Shown here one piece after another: positions 12,286-22,434 of a DNA stretch of 64,000 bases. Each line of letters starts with the position of its first letter. Position 1 is the stretch's first letter. The translations under genes were made by a program, and so were the position numbers. This stretch comes from Octopus vulgaris (lineage: Eukaryota): assembly GCA_951406725.2 (NCBI GenBank), contig OX597839.1:23374001-23438000 (forward strand). The letters are read 5' to 3'. Under the pieces are notes generated by a model, which ran no database searches, was not told where the DNA came from, and was given only the letters and a program-made list of their open reading frames with translations.

Positions 12286-12915
12286 TGATGATGATGAAGA
12301 AGAAGCAGAAGAAGAAGGAGGAGGAGAGGAAGAAGAAGAAGAAGAAGAAGAAGAAGAAGAAGAAGAAGAAGAAGAAGAAAGAGGAGAAGAAGTAGAAGAA
12401 GAAGGAGAAGGAGAAGAAGAAGGAGGAGGAGAAGAAGAAGAAGAAGTAGAAGAAGAAGAAGAAAGAGGAGAAGAAGTAGAAGGAGAAGGAGAAGAAGGAG
12501 GAGGAGGAGGAGAAGAAGAAGAAGAAGAGAAGAAGAAGAAGAAGAAGAAGGAGGAGGAGGAGAAGAAGGAGGAGGAGGAGGAGAAGAAGAAGAAGGAGGA
12601 GGAGGAGGAGGAGAAGAAGGAGAAGAAGAAGAAGAAGAAGAAGAAGAAGAAGAAGGAGGAGGAGAAAAAGAAGAAGGAGGAGGAGGAGGAGGAGGAGGAG
12701 AAGAAGAAGAAGAAGAAGAAGAAGGAGGAGGAGAAAAAGAAGAAGGAGGAGGAGGGGGAGGAGAAGAAGAAGAAGGAGGAGGAGAAAAAGAAGAAGGAGG
12801 AGGAGGAGGAGGAAGGAGAAGAAGAAGAAGGAGAAGAAGAAGAAGAAAGAGGAGGAGGAGAAGAAGAAGAAGAAGAAGAAGAAGGAGAAGAAGAAGAAGA
12901 AGAAGAAGAAGAAGA
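12286..12915. repeat. (GAA/GGA)n trinucleotide polypurine tract
   Basis: Seen directly; explains the poly-E/K and poly-S/P ORFs. Confidence 0.97.
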
Positions 12916-13173
12916 GATTGATAAGTACAGACTACCAAAAGATGAAATTGCAAGAATGTGGACAATGAGGAGAGTGTCTGTCATTCCAGTAGTTGTAGGG
13001 GTCAGTGGGAGCACTAGGAACCAATTTTGAGAAATATGGTAAAGAAATCGGAATTGACATGAGAGCAGAGTAAACCCCAAAAAACGGGTCTGTTGGGGAC
13101 AGCTAGGATTTTGAGATTGGTGTTTGGATGTTGAATGCCTCCTACGATAATTAACAACCAGGAATCAGAGCTT
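12916..13173 (+). mobile_element. R4/Dong-like non-LTR retrotransposon, 3' fragment (RLE C-terminus)
   Basis: Translates as IDKYRLPKDEIARMW..VIPVVVG..KTGLLGTARILR; followed by (TAA)n. Confidence 0.7.
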
Positions 13174-13612
13174 ATAATAATAATAATATAATAATAATAA
13201 TTGTGTACAGTGCTCAGGTGCACTACAACTCATCTAAAGTCTATATATAATCAGGTGTAATTTCGGCAGATTTCGGAAAGCATGAGGGCCTTAAAGGATG
13301 CAGTGTCATGGCAGTCAACAACTGACGCAGGCAGTTTGTTCCATGCTTCAGCAACTCTGAGCGTGAAAAAAATGTTTCCGAAAGTCATGGGAGCTGTGTT
13401 GTTTTCTGACTTTGTAGGCATGTCCACGTGTGTTAGACACATGGAGATCAAAAAGGTGTTCAGTGTTGTTGTTGGTGAGGTGGTTGATAACTTTGTGGGT
13501 GTTTACCAAGTCCGTCGCCAGACGCCGGAGCTTCAGTGAATCCATGCCCAGGGAAACAAGGCGCTCAGAATATGGTAGGTGTCTGATGGAGGGTATGCGT
13601 TTGGGTGCGGAA
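13174..13612 (-). mobile_element. CR1/L2-group LINE, 3' fragment
   Basis: Minus-strand translation SLKLRRLATDL..TRGHAYK..FFTLRVAEAWNKLP. Confidence 0.85.
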
Positions 13613-13721
13613 AGAGACCCTGTGAGACCTCTGACGGCAGGCTGCTGTTTGCTCTCACAGAATCTGCCAGAACAAACAAGACAGGACCAAACGTTCCGGG
13701 AAGTAAAACAACAACAACATA

Positions 13722-13775
<54 letters not shown>

Positions 13776-13779
<4 letters not shown>

Positions 13780-14311
13780 GGCCAGACACTATATTGAAAG
13801 ACTTCAGACAAAGAACATGCCTCCTCATTGATATGACTGTCCCAATCGATATAAACGTATCTGTCAAGACCTACCAAAAACTGAGCAAATATAAAGATCT
13901 TGAAATAGAAATCAGCAAAATGTGGAAGCTGAAGACTAAAACAATACCTGTTGTCATAGGTGCCCTGGGAATGATAGCGAAAGGGACTGATTGCTACCTA
14001 ACTCAGATACCAGGAAACCCCAAAATGGCAGAAATTCAAAAGATAGTGCTCATGGGAACTGCTCATATCCTACGCAAAATACTCTCTATGTAATCCCAAG
14101 GTTTAAAACAAACTTTTTTTTTTTATTTATTTATTATTTTTTTTATGTATTAGACATTCACTAGTACAACACCAAAAAAAAAACAAAAAAACAACCCCAA
14201 ATATATGGCACAGAACTTCCAACCTGTTGTCTCTTGAGGTCTCTGGGTGAGACTTGAAGCCAACTTGTACAGACATAAAGCAAAAGTCAAACATAGAATA
14301 ATAATAATAAT
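13776..14311 (+). mobile_element. 5'-truncated R4/Dong-like element inserted in (TAA)n
   Basis: NRPD..CLLIDMTVP..KLSKYKDLEIEISKMW..IPVVIGALG..VLMGTAHILRK is a restriction-like endonuclease domain. (TAA)n lies on both sides. Confidence 0.85.
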
Positions 14312-14547
14312 AGTAATGAATAATGATGGTTTCAAATTTTGCTACCAGGACAGCAATTTTTTTGGGGGGGGGAATGAGTCAATTGCATTGACCCCCAGTG
14401 TCCAAAGAAGTATTTATTGTATTGACCCCAAAAGAATGAAAGGCAAAGTCCACCTTAGTAGAATCTGAACTCAGAATATAGCGACGGGTGAAATATCACT
14501 AAGCATTTCGTTCAGTGTGCTAACAATTCTGCCAGCTCACCGCTTTT

Positions 14548-14588
<41 letters not shown>

Positions 14589-14677
14589 TTTTTTCTCGTA
14601 TAGGCAGAAGGCTTGAAATTTTGGGGAAGGGTGCTTGTTGATTAAATCGACCCCAGTATTCAACTGGTATTTATTTC

Positions 14678-14912
14678 TGCGAGCTGGCAGAATCATTAGC
14701 ACGCCAGGCGAAATGCTTTGCGGTATTTCGTCTGCTGTTACGTTGTGTGTTCAAATTCCACCGAGGTCGACTTTGCCTTTCATCCTTTCGGGGTCGATTA
14801 AATAAGTACCAGTTACGCACTGGGGGTCAATATAATCGACTTAATACCTATGTCTGTCCTTGTTTGTCCCCTCTATGTTTAGCCCCTTGTGGGTAATAAA
14901 GAAATAGGTATT
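14678..14912 (+). mobile_element. tRNA-derived SINE with a Nin/Deu-like domain
   Basis: gagctggcagaa..gttcaaattcc..gcctttcatcctttcggggtcgat..aagtaccag; many copies in the window. Confidence 0.8.
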
Positions 14913-14995
14913 TATTTTATCAACTTGGAAAATAATGGAAAACAATGTTGACTTTAATGGAATTTGGATTCAAAATGCAAAGCCAGAAGGAATAC

Positions 14996-15121
14996 ATCAT
15001 CATCATCATCACCATCACCACTACCATCAAAATCACCACCACCACCATCATCACCATCACCATCACCACCACCACCACCACTATCATCATCATCACCATC
15101 ACCACTACCATCACAATCACC

Positions 15122-15152
<31 letters not shown>

Positions 15153-15476
15153 CCATCACCACCACTATCATCATCATCACCATCATCACTACCATCACAA
15201 TCACCACCACCACCATCCTCATCATCATCACTATCACCATCCTCACCACCACCACCACTATCATCATCATCACCATCACCACTACCATCACAATCACCAC
15301 CACCACCACCATCATTGTCATCATCATCATCACCATCCTCACCACCACCACCACTATCATCATCATCACCATCATCATCATCACCACTACCATCACACCA
15401 TCACCACCACCACCACCATCATCGTCATCATCATCATCACCATCCTCACCACCACCACCATTATCACCATCATCAT
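14996..15476. repeat. (CAC/CAT)n trinucleotide tract with higher-order units
   Basis: Seen directly. Confidence 0.95.
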
Positions 15477-15734
15477 GTGTGTGTATGAAGGATAAAGGGT
15501 AAAGACCCTCTTCAGTCTTCAATGACCATAGGACTGCACCTAGAAAGTTCCCCTCTGAGGCACAAGTCCAGGCAAGGTTGTTTATGGCAGACCCTCAGTC
15601 ACCCATGCATACCAGCCTCACCACTGATGTTGGGAGTTTATTCTATGATTCAACCATTCGAAGCAAGAAAAAAATCTTTCTGAATGTCATGTGTGCCATG
15701 ATGTTGTTTTTTTATTTTATTTTATAAACAGACT

Positions 15735-16212
15735 CAGGCGTGGCTGAGTGCTAGGAAGCTTGCTTTCTCACCAATAGCCTCGGACCAACCAAAGCCTTGT
15801 CAGTAGATTTGGTAGATGGAAACAGAAAGAAGCCCATCATGTGAATTGTTGGCAATTTTCTTCCTCCGTCTTCCTTTTCTGTTGGACTTTCCTCTGTTTC
15901 TGAAGAAGAGCGTCTGCTCGAAACATTAAACCATCTTTCTTCCCTTCCCTGAGCGTCTGCTACTATTTTACATGTACCACATCCTGGCAGTGTTGTTTTT
16001 TTGTGCTTGTTCTTCGTTTTTGTTTGGATTTATGTTTGTGTGTGTATGTTTGTCACTCCATCATCACTTGACAACCGATGCAGATGTGTTTACGTCCCCA
16101 TAACTAAGCAGTTCAGCAAAAGAGACCAATAGAATAAGTTCTATTCTTACAAAGAATAAGTCCTGGGGTCGATTTGTTCTGTTCAAATGACTGAAGCAAG
16201 TAAAAGAATAAA
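15735..16212 (+). mobile_element. tRNA/CORE-like SINE interrupted by a Penelope-like insert (about 15845-16035)
   Basis: The SINE 5' and 3' parts match 62310-62720; the insert carries a hammerhead motif. Confidence 0.7.
15896..15931 (+). ncRNA. Minimal type I hammerhead ribozyme motif
   Basis: gttt-CTGAAGA-a-gagc(gtct)gctc-GAAA-CAT-T-aaac. CUGANGA and GAAA cores are intact; stem III reads ACAT instead of ACGT. Confidence 0.6.
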
Positions 16213-16820
16213 AGACTATCCAAGCGTGGCGGAGGCGAAGAATTGAAGAAGGTGGCCACCAAAGTTGTTGAGGCAATGCTGTGGTCTTCCTACGGAGAGA
16301 GTAGCAAGATGTCAGCAGTTTATCGATTCATCCAGAAAAGCAACATGTTCATGAAATGGTAAGGGAAGAAATCCCTGATTTTATTATCCATCCCCAAAAA
16401 GGGGTTTGCTCAGCCTGAGCGAATTACCAACTTCTCAAAGTGGCCAAGATATTCCCCAGTTGCCTCCCTTGAAATCTAAAGTAATGCTTTCAGCAGTGCT
16501 CTCCCTTTGATCGTGCAAATTCCAAAACTGAGCCTGTGAAATATTCCATTATTTCCAAAATATTTAGAAGTCGATGAGGTTTAATTGAAAATAAATATGG
16601 TGACTATTGTCAGTGCAGCAGTACTGCCCCACTGACCATACTATGGCTAAGATTAGTATTACTCAAATCAGGCGAACAAACCTTTGTATTTCTATCCAAA
16701 ATGTAAATAATGGGAACCTAATTCAATTAGGATACAAATATAGGGCTCTGAAGCAAACTGGATTTCTAATCTTTTCTACGATAGGCACAAGGCCTCAAAC
16801 TTGGGGGAAGGGATTGAGTT

Positions 16821-17630
16821 GATCACATCGACCCCAGTGCGTAACTAGTACTAATTTTATCGACCCCGAAACGATGAAAGGTGGAATTTGAACTCAGAGC
16901 GTAGCGGCAGACGAAATACCTATTTCTTTACTACCCACAAGGGGCTAAACACAGAGAGGACAAACAAGGACAGACAAACGGATTAAGTCGATCATATCGA
17001 CCCCAGTGCGTAACTGGTACTAATTTTATCGACCCCGAAACGATGAAAGGCGGAATATGAACTCAGAACGTAGCAGCAGACGAAATACCTATTTCTTTAC
17101 TACCCACAAGGGGCTAAACACAGAGAGGACAAACAAGGACAGACAAACGGATTAAGTCGATTACATCGACCCCAGTGCGTAACTGGTACTAATTTTATCG
17201 ACCCCGAAACGATGAAAGGCGGAATATGAACTCAGAACGTAGCAGCAGACGAAATACCTATTTCTTTACTACCCACAAGGGGCTAAACACAGAGAGGACA
17301 AACAAGGACAGACAAACGGATTAAGTCGATCATATCGACTCCAGTGCGTAACTGGTACTAATTTTATCGACCCCGAAACGATGAAAGGCGGAATATGAAC
17401 TCAGAACGTAGCAGCAGACAACATACCTATTTCTTTACTACCCACAAGGGGCTAAACACAGAAGGGACAAACAAGGACAGACAAACGGATTAAATCGATC
17501 ATACCGACCCCAGTGCGTAACTGGTACTAATTTTATCGACCCCAAAACGATGAAAGGCGGAATTTGAACTCAGAACGTAGCGGCAGACGAAATACTGCTA
17601 AGCATTTCGCCCGGCGTGCTAATGTTTCTT
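16821..17630 (-). repeat. 169-bp tandem array (about 4.6 units) derived from the Nin-type SINE
   Basis: acccca/actccagtgcg at 16831, 17000, 17169, 17338 and 17507 (period 169). Confidence 0.95.
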
Positions 17631-17998
17631 ATTTCTTTCTGAGTTCAAATTCTGCTAAGGTCAACTTTGCCTTTCATCCTTTCAGGGTTGATAAATTAAG
17701 TATGAGTTATATACTGGGGTCAATCTAATCGACTGACCCCTCTCTCCAAAAATTTTGGGCCATGTACCTAGAGTAGCAAAGAATATGATAATCCAGGCTA
17801 ATCTTTATCAAAGTATGTTCTGAGGAAATTCATGGTTCCATGGAAATATTCTGGTGTTCTGTGAAAAATATGCTCTAAAAACGTTGGATAAAAATTCATT
17901 TCAGAAAAGCTATTCATCATTCTGAAAATTTTAATTCTGTTGTTTTTCTCCTTTCTCTATAAGAATAAATTCTCTTTAAGACTGTTTTTAATGTTTTA

Positions 17999-18390
17999 CT
18001 AGCAGTATCGCCCGGCGTTGCTTGGATTTGTTTCGACCCTTTAGAATTGGAATTTTTGAAAAGTAAAAATTTTGCATTATGTAGCTTGTTATTCTCTTTA
18101 GGTGAACATTTTTCTGGTTGAAATACACTGAAAAATGGCGTCACAGCAGTAAAAAAATTGTAAAAAATAGGGATTTTCATAGAAAAAAAGCACCTTTTTG
18201 ATGTAAATAATTTTTGGCGTTAACATGGTCCGATTTGAATTTTTTCTTTTACGGAATGAAGAGCAAGCCTTCTTCTATCATACTCTCAATTTTGGTCAAC
18301 TTGCGCCGCAGGGTCTCGGAGGAGATGGTGTTAGTTGAAGGCTACCAAACCTGCCATACACAGACAACTTCAACTTTATATAGAGAGAGA
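17999..18390 (-). mobile_element. Non-autonomous Helitron
   Basis: Minus strand starts TC and ends with a GC-rich hairpin then ...gatactgCTAG; inserted between A and T. Confidence 0.75.
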
Positions 18391-19007
18391 TTACAATTGT
18401 TAGGTGGTGGGGATGAGTTGTCTGTTAAAATATTGGTAGAGGTTCTGTGATTTCTGGAAAGTTGTTTAAGGGCTCTTTGACAAAATATGTTCAGGAATTA
18501 TTTATCTGCACAGGCAGAAAAGAGTTTCAGGTAGAAAATTCTGTGTATTTGCGTCAAGTTAAATTATGACCCCTTTTTTTGTTTTTGTTTTTTGAGGGAA
18601 GACTGCTGACACCTAACAGCAGAGTAATAAGATTATATTTCTATTGTTTGAAGGGGTCAAATGAGAGCGCTCCTCGTACACTAGAAGAAAAATTTCTTTG
18701 AAAAAATGGTTTGTAACATCCAGATAAAAAATTTTATATCATTTTGGAAAAAGTCCCCTTTACACCTCAAAACTGTATTAAGTAATTCTCATAGACTTTC
18801 AAATATATATATGTGTGTATGTGTGTGTGTGTGTGTGTATACATATATATATACATATCAAATATCAATTTCTAGTTTATTATCAATATCATTATTATTA
18901 ATATCATTATAAATATAGACACAATTTTTAGGACTTCTTTTAAATAACAAACTCTCATTAAGATTATTAGGCATAAACTTATATATATACATATATATAT
19001 ATATATA

Positions 19008-19815
19008 TAGGGTGCAATGAGTAAATTGTCACCAATTTATATTTTTTATTTCATGCATGCGCATTGTTTGTTTTTGATTTTGTCAACTACAGAATATAGT
19101 AGGGTCAGTTGGGCACCGTCTGTGAAACAAAATAGCACCATGAGGCAATTCACTCAGCCAGAAGCTCCAATACAAACAGAACAACCGTTGGCTTGCCGTG
19201 TCCCCAACACATGTACCGAGAGTAATAAAAATCAAACAACCAGTCAATATCATGGTGCTTGGGGTGATCACAAGTGATGGCGAAGTTATGCCTCCATTCA
19301 TCTTTGCACGCAGCCTCAGACTGAATATGGAGGCCTACATCAAGTGCCTGGAAGAGGTAGTGCTGCCCTGGGTCAAGAGGGTGGCTGCTGGAAGACCTTA
19401 TGTCTGCCAAACAATCAAGAGAACCCAGTCATGACTGTCAGACAATTTCTGCGACCACATCACCCCTAACATCTGGCCACCTAACTCCCCAGACTGCAAC
19501 CCCCTTGATTATTATGTGTAGGGCACAGTTGAGGGAGAGACCAACAGAACTCCATGTAACACCAAAGAGGAACTGAAGGCAAGGATTATGGCAGCATTCA
19601 CCAACTTAAACAAGGAGACTGTCCAGAAGAGTTGTAGGAGATTCTGAAGTCGTCTGGAGGCTGTGGTTGAAGCCAATGGCGATTTTATTGGATAAATCTA
19701 CTCTTTAGTATCTCAAGATATTTTTATGTAATTTTGGTAAAAATATCTGTTAAGATGAGACATCAGTGTTATTTTAATTTTTGCGTAATTTAGACAATAT
19801 ATTCTCCACACCCTG
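19008..19815 (+). mobile_element. Internally deleted Tc1/mariner DD37D (maT)-like transposon
   Basis: IMVLGVITSDGEVMPPFIF..YIKCLEEVVLPW and WPPNSPDCNPLDYYV, with stops. Imperfect TIRs (c/t)agggtg...attgtc. Confidence 0.85.
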
Positions 19816-19821
19816 GATCTA

Positions 19822-20452
19822 TGTATGTCCATGCTGCCAACAAAGCGCGCGGAATTCTGTTTTTGATTCGACGGTCATTCGGAGTGCTCACAGAAGCCAT
19901 ATTCCTGCCACTCTATGTCACGCTCGTGAGACCCATATTGGAGTATGGGATTCTTCTCCTTATCTCTTCAAAGACATACAGCATCTCGAAAGAGTCCAGA
20001 AGCTGGCTACCCGCCTGGTTCATGGTCTCAAAAATTTGTCCTACGAAGAAAGGCTGAGGACGCTCGACCTTTATTCTCTTGAAAAACGCCGCCGCCGTGG
20101 TGATCTCATTCTCGCCCACAACATCATAAGCGGGAAGTGTAACCTCTCGAAAGAGCTGTTCTTCACTCCTGCTCCGGAGCGTCGGCTGCGGGGTCATTCC
20201 GAAAAGCTCTACCTGCGACGATTTCATCTCAATCGAAGGAGAGGAGCTTTCTCCGTCCGGGTTGCGGATCCGTGGAACAAGCTGCCAGATGAGATGGTGA
20301 AGATGCCAACGACCGCTTTGTTCAAAACCTCCCTGGACCTCAAGTGGCCTGAACTCTTTACATGAACACCACCCTGTACTTAGCTCCATGTCCCCCTACA
20401 TGGCCTTGCTATTTGCTTTTGAGCCAAATTAACTAACTAACTAACTAACTAA
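19822..20452 (+). mobile_element. CR1 LINE, 3' fragment
   Basis: LYVTLVRPILEY..LERVQKLATRLV..YEERL..RRRRGDLI..FSVRVADPWNKLP, with a (CTAA)n tail. Confidence 0.92.
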
Positions 20453-20487
20453 CATGTAAGTATGCATGTATATACATACATATATAC

Positions 20488-20529
<42 letters not shown>

Positions 20530-21137
20530 TGTATGTGTATTTATATATATATATAATAAAATAAAACTTTATATATAAAGAACGTGAAATTCACGAATTG
20601 ACGAACACGGAAAACAGACAGTCATTCAGATATAGAGAGAGTTAGGAAGGCAAGAAGGTAGATAGATAGATAGATACATACATACATACATAAATACATG
20701 CATACATACATACATACATACATACACACGCGCGCGCGCGTACACACAGGCACACATATACATACATGAAAGTCGAATATCATTCATCAGAATTTTCCAG
20801 TGAACTAAATCTATGAACACAAACTGGATGCAGTGTGAAAAATAAAATCACGATGTAAGGGAAATAATTATGAGTCATTATCTCCCTTGAATATCAAGAA
20901 TTTTTTTTTTCCGCCACCGTTTTATCTCTCAATTCTGGGAACTTTTGCAATTCCGAACAGCAAATTCGCAACGTAGCAGGGACAGTATTTACTGTTAAGA
21001 CACCCCACCCCCACACTACGAATGCCTGATGCATTGGTGTTGGATAGTTCACAAGGAGACGATGAAATCCATCCGTACCAAAACATGAAACCTTGGGTTT
21101 AATTATTAAATAGATGTCGCTGTGGGGTAAGAACATG

Positions 21138-21370
21138 TGTTTCTTTACTACCCACAAGGGGCTACACACAGAGGGGACAAACAAGGACAGACAAACGGAT
21201 TAAGTCAATTATATCGACCCCAGTGCATAACTGGTACTTAATTTATTGACCCCGAAAGGATGAAAGGCAAAGTCGACCTCGGCGGAATTTGAACTCAGAA
21301 CGTAACGGTAGACGAAATACCACTAAGCATTTCGCCCGGCGTGCTAACGTCTCTGCCAGCTCGCCGCCTT
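21138..21370 (-). mobile_element. Nin-type SINE with a 10-bp TSD, nested in another SINE
   Basis: TSD TAAGAACATG at 21128-21137 and 21371-21380. Confidence 0.85.
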
Positions 21371-21687
21371 TAAGAACATGGTTCCAGGTTCAGTCCCACT
21401 GCGCAGCAACTGAAAGAAACCCCGTCATGTGTCATTTATAAACTCTAAAAGGTTAATAATATTTGTTTAATATTGGGGGGAGAGATAGAGAGAGAGTTAG
21501 ACAATTAAAGAGGGCGCTGTTATTCAGGAGGATTTTCTTGGGGGATGATTAATAAATTAATTGACTATGGAGGAAATAACAAAACAACGTAAAATATAGA
21601 TTAAATCAACAGAAGTAAGATAACATTGGAGAAATCAAAATCGAATTAGGAGGAAAACATGAAACTCTGTGTGTGTGTGTGTGTGTA

Positions 21688-21739
<52 letters not shown>

Positions 21740-21740
<1 letters not shown>

Positions 21741-22135
21741 TAGCAGTATCGCCCGGCGTTGCTCGGGTTTGTAAGGGAAATAACTATATAAGCATTTTTA
21801 GAGAGTTATAGCCAAAATATAGCAAAAAAATGCATTAAAAATGGAAAAAAAATCATGGTAAATTTTTTTAAAATCGTTGACTCATCGTAGACATTTTTAG
21901 AGAGTTACTTCCCTTATATAATAGCCAAAAATGCATTAAAATGGGAAAAAATGATGGTAATTTTTTTTTTAAATCGTAGACTCATCGTAGACACGCACTA
22001 ATACCCAGAAGGGCTCAATATGAATCACGACTATAAGATACCCGGTTTTGGTTACACTGCACCGCAAAATGTGGGAGTAGTTAGGAATCTAAATTGTAGG
22101 AGACAGACACACAACTTCACTTTTATATATAAAGA
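21740..22135 (-). mobile_element. Non-autonomous Helitron
   Basis: Minus strand 5'-TCtttatatataaaag...cccgagcaacgccgggcgatactgCTAG-3', in an A^T target. Confidence 0.8.
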
Positions 22136-22195
22136 TATACCATCATAATTTATAATCATGTGATATTTTGTCTGTTTGATATTATGTGATATATA

Positions 22196-22424
22196 TATGA
22201 GGGGTGGGGGCTAAAAAGTTCTTGGCTTTGGGTAAAACAAAATACAGGAGAATCAGTTCCTTATGATTTCATTCAACATATTCCTCTCTCAGATTCTCAA
22301 ATTTATTGCAATGGTCCTTCAGTGTTCCTCAACCCTGTATAAGGACTTGGAATGTTGGGCCCTTCAACCGGGACTTTTGCAAAACCATTAAAGTCAGGAG
22401 CATTTCAGCCCCGCCTCCTCCTTA
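22196..22424. mobile_element. Mariner-derived MITE (related copies at about 42180 and 43343-43563)
   Basis: Imperfect TIRs ggg..gct(a/g)aaa..t(c)ctg.cttt in a TA context. Confidence 0.65.
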
Positions 22425-22434
22425 TATATATATA

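Noticed and set aside
16222-16358. Open frame ending at an ATG|GTAAGG donor
   Set aside because: No acceptor or homology recognised; kept only as a unique island.
22355-22375. miR-133-like sequence (ttgggcccttcaacc)
   Set aside because: Lies inside a mariner MITE, the seed mismatches and there is no hairpin.
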